64,000 bases of DNA. Source: Patescibacteria group bacterium. GTDB taxonomy: Bacteria > Patescibacteriota > Minisyncoccia > UBA6257 > 2-01-FULL-56-20. The notes below the pieces were generated by a model that did not search any database, was not told where the DNA came from, and was given only the letters and a program-made list of their open reading frames with translations. The stretch is from NCBI GenBank assembly GCA_018971305.1, contig JAGXBC010000002.1, positions 144,046 to 208,045 on the forward strand, given 5' to 3'. Positions 28,663 through 38,261 of this stretch are shown here, piece after piece (position 1 is the first letter of the stretch; each line of letters begins with the position of its first letter). The translations under genes and the position numbers were made by a program.

Positions 28663-29568
28663 ATGCAGTTTTTAAATCACCAAAAAAAGTTTTTGCTTGT
28701 AACGGCCGTGGCAATCATTGCCGTTTTATATGGGGGGTACCGTTATTGGGAATTGAGGAAAGAAAAAATATCGCTTGAGGGCAATGTGTCCGAGTTGCGG
28801 CAACAAGTTGCCGGCTTAGGAGTTTCTTTGGCTTCTACCACTGCCGACCTGGAGGAAGTAAGAACAGAAAACGCCAACCTCGCCCAATCTCTGATCGCAG
28901 AGCAAAGCAAGAATCAAGCATTTGAAACACAGATTCATGATATCTCAACCACCGTCGGTTCTCTTCAGAAGCTAAGCACGATTGACCCGCAGCTTCTGCA
29001 AAAATATTCCAAGATTTATTTTTTGAGCGAGAATTACGCTCCCGCCCAGCTATCAAGTGTCGGCATTCAATATATTTATGACAAGACAAAACCGCAGCTT
29101 ACGCTCCCCGGTGTTCTTCCATATCTTACGGCCATGATAGACGCTTCCAATCGTGATGGCGCAAAACTTCTCGTACTCTCGGCTTACCGATCTTTTTATG
29201 AGCAGGCAGCGCTCAAAACAGGTTATAAGATGGTTTATGGAAGCGGTGCCAATCAATTCTCCGCCGATCAGGGATATTCGGAGCATCAGCTCGGTACGGC
29301 AGTGGACATTACTACTCAGCAGCTCGACGACTCCCTCATCACCAATAAATTTGCTTCTTCAACCGCCTATGCTTGGCTTAAGAATAACGCTTATAAGTAT
29401 GGATTTACTCTTTCGTACCCCCCTAATAACTCTTATTATCAGTTTGAGCCATGGCATTGGCGCTTCGTGGGAGTTGGTCTTGCAACCTATATTCAGGAGA
29501 ATAATATGTATTTCTACGAAATGGCTCAGCGCGACATAGACAAATACCTGATAAACTTCTTTGACTAA
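28663..29568 (+). CDS. D-Ala-D-Ala carboxypeptidase, VanY/peptidase M15B family, with N-terminal coiled coil
   Basis: LSAYRSFYEQ and SEHQLGTAVD zinc-ligand motifs; N-terminal TM plus coiled coil. Confidence 0.75.
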   Translation: MQFLNHQKKFLLVTAVAIIAVLYGGYRYWELRKEKISLEGNVSELRQQVAGLGVSLASTTADLEEVRTENANLAQSLIAEQSKNQAFETQIHDISTTVGSLQKLSTIDPQLLQKYSKIYFLSENYAPAQLSSVGIQYIYDKTKPQLTLPGVLPYLTAMIDASNRDGAKLLVLSAYRSFYEQAALKTGYKMVYGSGANQFSADQGYSEHQLGTAVDITTQQLDDSLITNKFASSTAYAWLKNNAYKYGFTLSYPPNNSYYQFEPWHWRFVGVGLATYIQENNMYFYEMAQRDIDKYLINFFD

Positions 29569-29581
29569 TCTTTAATGATGA

Positions 29582-29616
29582 CCCAGCCCTTGCATGCAAG
29601 GGCTGGGATTTATTTC
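29582..29616 (+). terminator. Rho-independent terminator (cccagcccttgcatgcaagggctggg plus T-tract)
   Basis: 11-bp perfect stem. Confidence 0.75.
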
Positions 29617-29699
29617 ATCATCACGTCATCCACGAAATATTTTAGAACGGAAAAACAGATAAGAACTATAACAAAAAATCCGGCGATGTAGTTCATGTT

Positions 29700-31991
29700 C
29701 TATGAAGTTGCTGGCAATGACGCTCCGGCAGTGTCTTCTATTTCGCAGACGCCACCGACGCAAGCCAGCTCCCGCTTATTATCTGTTTGGTCGTCTTTTT
29801 CGTAAAATATTATTTGCGCGAAATCAACCGGGGGGAACTTTTCCAGCATCTCCTCGTAGCGCTCTTTAGTTATTTCTTCATAGGGTGCGAGGAGGTAGGA
29901 GTGGTCATCGCGCGGCAGGAAAGACAGTCCGCCGAGGATACTCCAGTTTTTATATAGCCACTCGGCGACATCAATCCATTCATTGTCTCCGACGGAAACG
30001 GTTACGGAGGGATTGTGTTCGGTGTAATGCTCTTTTACTGTTTTCCAATAACTTAATTGTTCCATCGCCGTAAGGTCGTCTTTTTTAATGGAGCCGTCCG
30101 GAGCCTTTATCGGGAATTCTATTACGAAAGTGTTCGCCGAACCCATTGACTGCCCAACTTCCGGCGAGTAGGGAACTTTTTGATCTTTAAGCATCTGGAA
30201 AAGGGGATCGCTCGCGGCGATTCTCACTCTGCGGATGTAATATGGCGAATGGCGCGGATGAAGTCCGGAAGAGGCATCAACGGTCTGAGATAAATTCCCC
30301 GAAGGTTTAACGCAAGTGATTGCCGCTGATTGATTGATGCCGAACTTAGCCGCATAAATTTTATTGACCTCTATCGTTTTGTCGCGGAGTTTTTCCAGGA
30401 CGGCCGCGTTTCTTACCACCGGACAATCCCATTGGCCGGTTATGGAAACTCCGAGCAAGCGTTCCTCCTCGCAATTTTTCTTCCATTCTTTGGAAAGGTA
30501 GGGGAAATTAGTTAGGGTTGACTGATATGTTCCTAAAATTGTTGCCAAACGAACTTTGCGCAACAGGCTCTCCTCTGTGTCTTCGGGACGAGCTACGACC
30601 TCGGATAAGTTGCAGAATTCTTTGGACTTGAGGACTATTTCGCCGCAGGGGTTGATGCCGCAACTTGAAAGATCCGGTTCGAATATTTTGCGCCGTCGTT
30701 CGGGTATTTGGCTCAGGATGTTACCCCTATTGAACATGCCCCTCTCGCCCGTGCCGCTTTTAGCCAATGAAAGCCACTCTTCCAGGAACTGCACCGCTGT
30801 CGGTTTTTCATTGTAAGCTGCGGAATTATTAGCCATGGAACGCTGCGGCTCTTTTATATAAAACTGGCCGGTTTTCGCGTTGCGCATTTCCTGGTCGTCT
30901 AAGTCCGACAGGGAAATCATCGCGCTGCGGCGGACGCCGCCGGAGACGACAACTTCTCCTATTTTGCAGATTACGTCGTGGACATCAATATTAGAAAGGC
31001 GTTTTCCTTGATTGCTTAATATTTTTCTCCTTGAGAAATCCAGCAAGGCCCGCAGCGGTGCCGGTCCGGAACTTCTTCCGCCCATTGTTTTGAGGCGCGC
31101 TCCGGCTGGACGCAAATTGGAATAATCAAATTCAATATCTTTGCCGCTGAACCAGGTTCGCAGCCCGAGAGTGAGCGCGTCCGCCCAGCCTTCCTTGCTG
31201 TCGTCGATGACGTGAGTGTCCAATTTTTTTCCGGTCTGTTTTTTTATTTGCGGAAGCTGCTGGACGGTTTCGCTCTCCACCGAGAAGCCAAGGCCGGTAC
31301 CGCACATGGAGATGTACATGATCTCCGCGAAGTCCTCTATTTTTGTCGGTGCGATAAAAGAACAATTGAAAGCCGCAACGTTCGTTTTTCTTGCGGCAGT
31401 TCCGGCAAATTGAAGAAGGCGCATGGACGGCATCGCTTCCTGTTTCAAAATTCCCTGGCGCACTTCGGAATATTCTTCGTCCGAGAGTTTGTTGCCGAGA
31501 TTTTCTTTCATAAAATTCACATAGCGGTCAACTGTTTCCACCCATGTCTCGCGGCGGCCTTCGGCGTCTATCCAGCGGGAGTATGTTCGGTAGTAAACGA
31601 ACTCAGAGAGGGGATTGCGGAAATGTTTTTTACTTTCAGCGGCAAGCGCGAAGATGTTCTCGGGAATTTCACGTTTCCTGTCTCGCACTTCTGAGCGATT
31701 TTTTCTGTAGAGGATATAGGCCTTCGCGGTTTTCGGAAAATCCATGACGACCAGTTGCTCTTCAACAACGTCCTGTATCTCTTCAATTGTCGGGATATGC
31801 TCTTTAAGATATTTTTTCCCCAAAGAGTTCACGACTTGTTCGGAAATTCTTTCGGCATCGTCTTTGGAGTTTCCTTCACCGGCCGCGGACATCGCGCGGG
31901 ATATTGCGCTTGTGATTCTCGACTGATCAAAAGGCGCGATTCTCCCATCGCGCTTTTTTACTTCCGTGAACTGAACTTTTTTGAAGAGCAT
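29700..31991 (-). CDS. nrdJ: Ribonucleotide reductase, class II (adenosylcobalamin-dependent, NrdJ-like) with N-terminal ATP-cone
   Basis: ATP-cone (..VKKRDGRIAPFDQSRITSAISRA..), active-site NPCGEI motif, C-terminal Cys pair (CVGGVC); no nrdB partner nearby. Confidence 0.65.
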   Translation of the reverse strand: MLFKKVQFTEVKKRDGRIAPFDQSRITSAISRAMSAAGEGNSKDDAERISEQVVNSLGKKYLKEHIPTIEEIQDVVEEQLVVMDFPKTAKAYILYRKNRSEVRDRKREIPENIFALAAESKKHFRNPLSEFVYYRTYSRWIDAEGRRETWVETVDRYVNFMKENLGNKLSDEEYSEVRQGILKQEAMPSMRLLQFAGTAARKTNVAAFNCSFIAPTKIEDFAEIMYISMCGTGLGFSVESETVQQLPQIKKQTGKKLDTHVIDDSKEGWADALTLGLRTWFSGKDIEFDYSNLRPAGARLKTMGGRSSGPAPLRALLDFSRRKILSNQGKRLSNIDVHDVICKIGEVVVSGGVRRSAMISLSDLDDQEMRNAKTGQFYIKEPQRSMANNSAAYNEKPTAVQFLEEWLSLAKSGTGERGMFNRGNILSQIPERRRKIFEPDLSSCGINPCGEIVLKSKEFCNLSEVVARPEDTEESLLRKVRLATILGTYQSTLTNFPYLSKEWKKNCEEERLLGVSITGQWDCPVVRNAAVLEKLRDKTIEVNKIYAAKFGINQSAAITCVKPSGNLSQTVDASSGLHPRHSPYYIRRVRIAASDPLFQMLKDQKVPYSPEVGQSMGSANTFVIEFPIKAPDGSIKKDDLTAMEQLSYWKTVKEHYTEHNPSVTVSVGDNEWIDVAEWLYKNWSILGGLSFLPRDDHSYLLAPYEEITKERYEEMLEKFPPVDFAQIIFYEKDDQTDNKRELACVGGVCEIEDTAGASLPATS

Positions 31992-32054
31992 AATTTATAA
32001 AAATTATTTTTTATTACCTACGAGATAATTTTAACATTTCTAGAATCAGGCACT

Positions 32055-32369
32055 GTGCATAAAAGTTTGCAATTTACCAGAGAATATGCTATTGTAAGTG
32101 TACGGACGTTAAAGGTCGTCGTGAAACCAATAGATAATAAATTTATGGCAGGATTAGCGGAGAAAGGAGGACTTCCTAATATAGAAGTCAATACAGATAC
32201 CGGTGAAACACCTCAGGAATTACAGGCAAGAGCGGGAAGACAGCAGGCAAGAGCTGCGAGAAGAGATATGTTGAAGAAAGAAGTGCCCAAAGAAGAGAGC
32301 GTTGACCTGACTGAAGACCTTAAAAAGGAAGTTTTAGATGCTTATAAAGAGAATGGTAGTGGAAAATAG
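32055..32369 (+). CDS. Hypothetical small protein
   Basis: Lys/Arg/Glu-rich; the probable true start is the Met at 32145. Confidence 0.3.
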   Translation: MHKSLQFTREYAIVSVRTLKVVVKPIDNKFMAGLAEKGGLPNIEVNTDTGETPQELQARAGRQQARAARRDMLKKEVPKEESVDLTEDLKKEVLDAYKENGSGK

Positions 32370-32376
32370 CCACAAA

Positions 32377-32398
32377 AACCGCGGGAACGCGGTTTTTT
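32377..32398 (+). terminator. Rho-independent terminator (aaccgcgggaacgcggtt plus T6)
   Basis: Read directly. Confidence 0.75.
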
Positions 32399-32550
32399 AG
32401 TTGATGAATCAAATATTTTATGGTTTTCAGTGGTTGGATTCCTATATTAAGGCCAAAACAGTTCACGATATATATAGTGGAGTTGAATTTACCGTCCCTG
32501 GCGTGTTATAAGTTTTATAGCTATTTTACTGCTGGCGGACAGGAGGATTA

Positions 32551-33153
32551 ATGCTGACGCACGAAATTTGGGGAATAGTTGATAAAGAATGCGCCGCCGG
32601 TTTTAATCCTGATTTGCAGGCGCGAATACGGGAAAAATTATGTGTGGCTGTCGGAGAAGAAATAGTGAAGACCGGATTGTCTGAAGATCTTTGGCTGAAG
32701 TTTCTTGATGCAGCCGAAGCCGAGCGCGATTTGGCATATTTCGTTGTTCTGTCCAGTTTGGGAGATAACTGCAAGTTGATTAAAGTTGGCGAGGAAAAAA
32801 TAATGTCTTTCGGTTATCTTTGCGGGAGGACTAGGTCGTTTTGTGAGTTTCTTATGGATAACTACGAAATAGCTCCGGAAGATATAAAGAAGGAATGGGA
32901 TTTAGATGGACTAATGTCCCTTGCGGCCGAGACCGGAGTTGAGTCGGAAAAATTTTTTCGGCGGCCGAAAGGCAGGAAGGGCTTTTTATTTGAAAAGGTT
33001 TTCCTCGGAAAGATAAATAAGCTTATCAGTTCTCTGCGGCTTGTGATTTTAGGTGAAGACCTGAATTCTAAGTTTAACAAAGAGATGAATAGCGTGGAGA
33101 TGGCAGCGAGCCAATATTTTGAAAAAGTCGGAGCTCGCGACTATCAGATTTAA
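32551..33153 (+). CDS. Hypothetical protein (200 aa)
   Basis: No motif recognised. Confidence 0.4.
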   Translation: MLTHEIWGIVDKECAAGFNPDLQARIREKLCVAVGEEIVKTGLSEDLWLKFLDAAEAERDLAYFVVLSSLGDNCKLIKVGEEKIMSFGYLCGRTRSFCEFLMDNYEIAPEDIKKEWDLDGLMSLAAETGVESEKFFRRPKGRKGFLFEKVFLGKINKLISSLRLVILGEDLNSKFNKEMNSVEMAASQYFEKVGARDYQI

Positions 33154-33155
33154 CT

Positions 33156-33186
33156 GGGGCCGATCCTGTCGGCCCCCTTTTATTTC
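33156..33186 (+). terminator. Rho-independent terminator (ggggccgatcctgtcggcccc plus T-tract)
   Basis: Read directly. Confidence 0.7.
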
Positions 33187-33243
33187 CACTAATATATTAT
33201 GGGGAAAATTCTTGCAAAAATGCCGCGTTTAAGGCGCGGCTTT

Positions 33244-33543
33244 TCAATTAGTTTTGGCTGAAGAAACTTTTTTAAACCAGAACCCGGATAAGCTTTCCGG
33301 AGATTCTGACTGGCATAATGATTTTTCTGATTTCGGGAGGAAGGTAATATATTGGGAATGTGCGCAGCGCTGCATCTGTTCAATAGAGAGCTCTGTTGCT
33401 CTTAAAACCACGAAAGGACCAGGCCCGTACATATTTTTAAAGCAGCCGATGTCTTCCGGAGCCCCCTTGGTATTTTCAAGTTCATCGTCGTCCCTCCAGG
33501 TAATAATGTCGCCCGGAGAAAAGAATTCTTCCTCTCGCAACAT
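33244..33543 (-). CDS. Hypothetical protein (99 aa)
   Basis: ORF only. Confidence 0.3.
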   Translation of the reverse strand: MLREEEFFSPGDIITWRDDDELENTKGAPEDIGCFKNMYGPGPFVVLRATELSIEQMQRCAHSQYITFLPKSEKSLCQSESPESLSGFWFKKVSSAKTN

Positions 33544-33697
33544 TGTTGCCTCCAGATTGCATTATAAGCCCAACTCCTTATTTTATAGACCTACATTGAT
33601 TTTTTGTCCAATACTTTTTATTTGAAGGTTTGGGAATAAAAATGGGACGCACAAAATTTCTGTGCGCCCCGTGGTGTTTGTGAGTTGGCTGGTAGAA

Positions 33698-34018
33698 TCA
33701 CCAGCTTCTCACGAATTGCAGGATGGCCTCCGCTTCGGCGCGGATGGCCGTTGCCATCAAAGAACGCATCTCCGGAGAGGAGATGCCGTAGGCCCTTGCC
33801 ATGATTTCAATTTTCGCTGGCGAAGGTGGCTTGAATTTCACCATCCTTTTTGCTTCCTTCTTGAGCCTCTTGCCCGCCGCTTTTCTTTCCCTTAGAGCCT
33901 CGGCTGCGCTACCACTAGCAAATTGAGTCATGTTTTCTCCTTGTTCCCGCAGCAATGAATTTGGCGCTTTGCCACGGATACTATGAAACATTATATTCCT
34001 TTTATTTAAAAATGTCAA
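33698..34018 (-). CDS. Hypothetical basic protein
   Basis: ORF only; the start may be the internal Met (MTQFASGSAA...). Confidence 0.3.
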   Translation of the reverse strand: MTFLNKRNIMFHSIRGKAPNSLLREQGENMTQFASGSAAEALRERKAAGKRLKKEAKRMVKFKPPSPAKIEIMARAYGISSPEMRSLMATAIRAEAEAILQFVRSW

Positions 34019-34110
34019 GGGAAAGAGTATTTATACGATCTTTATCTCCAGGGGAAATTATCGTGCAGTTCTTATAAAAATCCGCGCATTTCGGCGCGGG
34101 TAAATATTTT

Positions 34111-34656
34111 TTACATTGGCTTTTTATCTGGTCCTGGCTCAAAGTTTTTTAACAGTGTCGTCAGCTCGTTATTATCTTCTTCCGATTTCTGGCTTGCTAT
34201 AAGTTGAACCAACCGCTCGGTGCTTAAAGTTATATGTGTTTCCCGGAAAACATCTCCTGCCACCAGGATCGGACAATCGAGAACCATTGCAAGAGCAATG
34301 GCAAAACTCTGGTTTGACTTGATTATGGTAGTTTTCCCGGGCGATTCTTGCAGGATATGAATCTGCGTATATAATCTACGTTTCTTATCAACCTTTTTAA
34401 TATAAATTTTTTGTACGCTTGCCGACACTGCTTTCAGAATATCTCTGGTTACATCGTGAGACATCGGTTCCTCGGATTTCTGTCCGCCGAGGAGAGTGGC
34501 GATAGTATAGGCATCGTCAGCATCGGAAAATATGAACATGACATTATTACTCGCCACATCTTTAACAACGATAAGTGGCTGAAAATCTTCAGGATTCGGT
34601 ATTAAGGCGATAACTTTAACTGTAACGTCATTTTCCATAGCCACCCCCGCTTTCAA
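34111..34656 (-). CDS. Bifunctional nuclease family protein (BFN/DUF151)
   Basis: ..LIVVKDVASNNVMFIFSDADDAYTIATLL...PMSHDVTRDILKAV.. pattern resembles the BFN domain. Confidence 0.5.
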   Translation of the reverse strand: MKAGVAMENDVTVKVIALIPNPEDFQPLIVVKDVASNNVMFIFSDADDAYTIATLLGGQKSEEPMSHDVTRDILKAVSASVQKIYIKKVDKKRRLYTQIHILQESPGKTTIIKSNQSFAIALAMVLDCPILVAGDVFRETHITLSTERLVQLIASQKSEEDNNELTTLLKNFEPGPDKKPM

Positions 34657-34721
34657 CGTTTCTAATGATTAGAATAAACAGGAGGTCCCGTTTATGCAAA
34701 TTGTTGTGTTAAAATAAAAAG

Positions 34722-35282
34722 ATGCAGCCTAACGGTAAAAAACTTTTAGTGGTGGATGACGATGAGTTTTTGTTGAACATTTATGCGGCGAAATTGCAGG
34801 AGGACGGCTACGTAGTAAGAACAGCTAATAATGGGGAAGAGGCCTGGGATATAGTTCAAAACGGCTACATTCCCGACGCCGTTTTCACTGGCATCATTAT
34901 GCCGCGGATGACCGGCTTTGACCTTATCGCCAAAATGCAGGCAGACACGAAACTGGCTGGTATTCCTGTCGCCATTTCTTCGCATCGCGGCAGAGACGAA
35001 GACAAAAAGAAGGCGAAGGAAATGAAAGTAGACGATTTTATTATTCAGGGAACGGTTCCCTTGGTGGAGGTTGTGCGCCGGATAAATTCCCTCGTTGGCA
35101 TCCAGCAGAGAAATTATAAAATCCAGCTTGTCCGCGGGAAGCTTGACTCCGAGGCGCTCATAGATTTTATGAATAAGCAGCAGCAAACATTTTTTGCTTT
35201 TGAGACAAATAAAAATGCCTATCTGGAATTTGAGCCCGATGCAGAGGCTGGTAAGTTTAAAATTAAACTTACCTCCGACTGA
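34722..35282 (+). CDS. Orphan response-regulator receiver domain protein
   Basis: KKLLVVDDDEFLLNIY..., the phospho-acceptor Asp context and a conserved Lys; about 60-aa C-terminal extension with no output domain. Confidence 0.7.
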   Translation: MQPNGKKLLVVDDDEFLLNIYAAKLQEDGYVVRTANNGEEAWDIVQNGYIPDAVFTGIIMPRMTGFDLIAKMQADTKLAGIPVAISSHRGRDEDKKKAKEMKVDDFIIQGTVPLVEVVRRINSLVGIQQRNYKIQLVRGKLDSEALIDFMNKQQQTFFAFETNKNAYLEFEPDAEAGKFKIKLTSD

Positions 35283-35290
35283 TTCGACTA

Positions 35291-35779
35291 ATGGAGATTG
35301 CTGTCTTATTGCACAATATAAGAAGCCTGCATAATGTCGGTTCTATTTTCCGCACGGCAGATGCCGCCGGAGCCAAAAAAATCTATCTCTGCGGCATTAC
35401 GCCGGCTCCAGTAGATCGTTTTGAAAAAATTATTCCTCAATTTGCTAAAGTTTCTTTGGGCGCGGAAAAATACCTTGGATGGAAAAAATTCCCCTCAACG
35501 CTTCCGCTTATCAAAAAATTAAAAGATCGTGGTTACAAGATTTTTGCCATTGAGCAAAGTAAAAAATCCACCCCGTATTTTCGCGAGGCGCGTAGAGCCA
35601 AGGGCACCGCAAAGATAGTATTGGTTTTAGGGAATGAAGTTCGTGGTCTGCCGCCGGCTGTTTTAAAATCTGCCGATAAAATTTTGGAAATTCCGATGTT
35701 GGGTGGAAAAGAATCCCTGAATGTAGCGGTTGCTTTCGGAATAGTTGCATTCGGATTTCTCAGCAGGATATCTAAATAG
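35291..35779 (+). CDS. SpoU/TrmH-family (SPOUT) RNA 2'-O-methyltransferase, TrmL-like
   Basis: LHNIRSLHNVGSIFRTADAAG and LVLGNEVRGLP..EIPMLG motifs. Confidence 0.75.
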   Translation: MEIAVLLHNIRSLHNVGSIFRTADAAGAKKIYLCGITPAPVDRFEKIIPQFAKVSLGAEKYLGWKKFPSTLPLIKKLKDRGYKIFAIEQSKKSTPYFREARRAKGTAKIVLVLGNEVRGLPPAVLKSADKILEIPMLGGKESLNVAVAFGIVAFGFLSRISK

Positions 35780-35782
35780 GTG

Positions 35783-35813
35783 CAAATTAAAAGGCTCCCG
35801 ATATCAGGAGCCC
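35783..35813 (-). terminator. Terminator for the sigma-factor gene (ggctcccgatatcaggagcc hairpin, T-run on minus strand)
   Basis: Read directly. Confidence 0.6.
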
Positions 35814-35820
35814 CTAAACA

Positions 35821-36495
35821 TTAAGCAGTGACTGTTGCCGTTCTTGGCGGACACGCCTCAGTCTTTAACATTCCTCTTAATTTCCGCCGGGCTTTATGCA
35901 GCTGAGATTTGGAATTGCCAATTGTGCTTCCGCGCATTCCGGCGATTTCATTGTGTTCGTATCCTTCAACGTCGTGGAGGACTAATGCGTCCTTGTAACC
36001 GTCTGGTAATTTCTCTATCGCTTCTTTGAGACATAGTCTCAATTCAATGGTGTTACGGCGTCCTATGTCGCCTGGGTGGTGATTGATCTTCGCTTCATGA
36101 TCGAATTTTGGTTCTATAATTATCCCTCCTCGAGTATTTGTACTCCGATTTGGAAGCAGTTGTACTTGTAGGTCTACAAGAGGTATCGTCACTATTCTCT
36201 TTTTGCGGAGCTCCATCAGCGCTTGGTTGACCGCGACTCTGTATAGCCAGGTACTGAATTTTGATTCTCCACGGAATTGACCGATTTTTTTGAACACCTG
36301 CATAAATGCTTCCTGTAGAAAATCTTCTGCATCGGTATGGTTGCCAGCAATGCGCATGAACAATCTGAATATTCTTTGGTGATATTTTTTATAAATTTCG
36401 GTAAATGCGGATTCATCGCCCATCTGCGCTTTCGTGATGGTATTCATTTCTTGTGCGTCACTTTCTGATTGGCAATATTTTTCGCTCATTTTCAA
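35821..36495 (-). CDS. RNA polymerase sigma-70 family factor (ECF-like)
   Basis: Region 2 (..DAEDFLQEAFMQVFKK...FSTWLYRVAVNQAL..) and region 4 (..ALVLHDVEGYEHNEIAGMRGSTIGNSKSQLHKARRKLR). Confidence 0.75.
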   Translation of the reverse strand: MKMSEKYCQSESDAQEMNTITKAQMGDESAFTEIYKKYHQRIFRLFMRIAGNHTDAEDFLQEAFMQVFKKIGQFRGESKFSTWLYRVAVNQALMELRKKRIVTIPLVDLQVQLLPNRSTNTRGGIIIEPKFDHEAKINHHPGDIGRRNTIELRLCLKEAIEKLPDGYKDALVLHDVEGYEHNEIAGMRGSTIGNSKSQLHKARRKLRGMLKTEACPPRTATVTA

Positions 36496-36571
36496 CTCCT
36501 AACTCCTGGTTAAATTCTGTTTTCTATTATACTTTATGTATGATTTTTTGTCAAAAGATTTATAATTTACG

Positions 36572-37762
36572 ATGATGGAAGATAAAAAAATTCTCGGCGT
36601 TAATCGTAATATTTTTTTTCTCGGACTAGTAAGCCTCTTCAATGATTTTTCTGCCGAGATGGTGCAGTCCGTGATGCCTATTTTTTTGACCGTGGTTTTG
36701 GGGGCGCCGGCGGAGTTCGTGGGATTCTTGGAGGGCTTTGCCGATGCCATAGCGAGCATCCTAAAGCTTTTCTCCGGCTGGTTCTCGGATAAAATCGGCA
36801 AACGCAAATTGCCGGCAGTTATGGGTTACGCTCTCTCTGTCGGAGTACGTCCGCTTCTTTCGTTGGTCGGCAATTTTTGGCAGGTTTTTGAATTGCGCGT
36901 TGTGGATAGGATAGGCAAGGGATTCAGGGACGCTCCGCGCGATGCCCTCATCGCGGAATCTGTTCCGAAAAACGAACTCGGAAAATCTTTCGGCTTTCAT
37001 AGATCATTAGACACGTTGGGCGCCACCCTCGGTCCGCTGGTCGCCCTGATTATATTGCCGCTCATAAATAACAATTATCGCCACCTTTTTTTGATAGCTT
37101 TTTTTATCGGCCTCGGCGCGATTTTCAGTTTTGTTTTCGTGAAGGAAAAAAGGCCGGTTATATTGCTATCAAATCCGGTCGCTAAGCCGAAATTAAATTT
37201 CGCCCTGCTTAAGAGCAACAAAAGGTTCGCCTTAGTGGTTTTATCAATTTTCATTTTTGGATTAGGCACGTTGCCGATATTGCTCGCTATTTTGAGGGCC
37301 AAAGAAGTTGGTTTGGGGGTTAGCGGCGTGCCCCTGGCATATTTTATTTATAATTTAACGTTTGTTTTAGTCGCAATTCCTTTGGGGCGGCTTGCGGACA
37401 AAATAGGGGAGAGGACGGTTATTGCCTCGGGATTTTTTTTGGCGGCTACCGCTTATTTCGGTTTAGCTGGAGCCGCAAGCGTTCTTGTTGTCGTGGCATC
37501 TTTCGTTGTCCTCGGAATATATTCGGCGGCGACAGACGGCTTAATGCGCGCGCTTGCTGCCAAACACTTGACGGACAATATTTTGGCTACGGGCCAGGGA
37601 TTCCTCAATATGGCTGTGGGATTTTCTTCCTTGGTAGCGGGCATTATCGGAGGAGTTTTATGGACAAACATAGGTTCAAGCGCCGCCTTTTTATATGCCG
37701 GAACATTTTCTATAATAGGATTAATACTCTTCCTGATAATGACGAGGAATAAATATGTCTAA
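36572..37762 (+). CDS. MFS transporter
   Basis: 396 aa, about 12 TM helices, GxxxDRxGKR-type motif (SDKIGKRKL). Confidence 0.75.
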   Translation: MMEDKKILGVNRNIFFLGLVSLFNDFSAEMVQSVMPIFLTVVLGAPAEFVGFLEGFADAIASILKLFSGWFSDKIGKRKLPAVMGYALSVGVRPLLSLVGNFWQVFELRVVDRIGKGFRDAPRDALIAESVPKNELGKSFGFHRSLDTLGATLGPLVALIILPLINNNYRHLFLIAFFIGLGAIFSFVFVKEKRPVILLSNPVAKPKLNFALLKSNKRFALVVLSIFIFGLGTLPILLAILRAKEVGLGVSGVPLAYFIYNLTFVLVAIPLGRLADKIGERTVIASGFFLAATAYFGLAGAASVLVVVASFVVLGIYSAATDGLMRALAAKHLTDNILATGQGFLNMAVGFSSLVAGIIGGVLWTNIGSSAAFLYAGTFSIIGLILFLIMTRNKYV

Positions 37763-38234
37763 AAACTTGATAATCATATTATTATTGATACTTATTTTCA
37801 TAGCTGCTGCCGCATTGGCATTTTTTCATTTTTTTCTTAGCGGTCCCAGCAAACACAGCGGTGTGGAAGCGAATGTGGAAATAGGCGGTACGACGTTCAA
37901 GTCGGAAGTCGCGAGCACCATACTTCAAAGAACCATTGGTCTTTCCGGGCGCGATTCTCTTCCCGAGGGAGAGGGCATGCTTTTCATTTTCAACGGTTAC
38001 GGAAATTACGGATTTTGGATGAAGGATATGAAGTTCCCTATAGATATGGTGTGGATTTCCGGAGACAAAGTTGTTGGTTTTGTCGAAAACGCAATGCCGG
38101 AACCGGACAAAACAGTTTTTGGCTTGAAGGTTTATTATCCGCCCGAGGCAGTGGATAAAGTATTGGAAATAAATGCCGGCGACGTTGGTCGCTATGGTAT
38201 ATCGGTCGGACAGTCGGTATTGATCAGCGATTGA
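37755..38234 (+). CDS. DUF192 (COG1430) family protein
   Basis: ..GLSGRDSLPEGEGMLFIF....MKDMKFPIDMVWI.. pattern. Confidence 0.6.
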   Translation: MSKNLIIILLLILIFIAAAALAFFHFFLSGPSKHSGVEANVEIGGTTFKSEVASTILQRTIGLSGRDSLPEGEGMLFIFNGYGNYGFWMKDMKFPIDMVWISGDKVVGFVENAMPEPDKTVFGLKVYYPPEAVDKVLEINAGDVGRYGISVGQSVLISD

Positions 38235-38261
38235 ATTGTTGTGCTACAATAAAAATAAGAC

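Noticed and set aside
36499-36807. 102-aa minus-strand ORF overlapping the MFS transporter start
   Set aside because: Overlaps a well-supported plus-strand gene and the divergent promoter region; no features.
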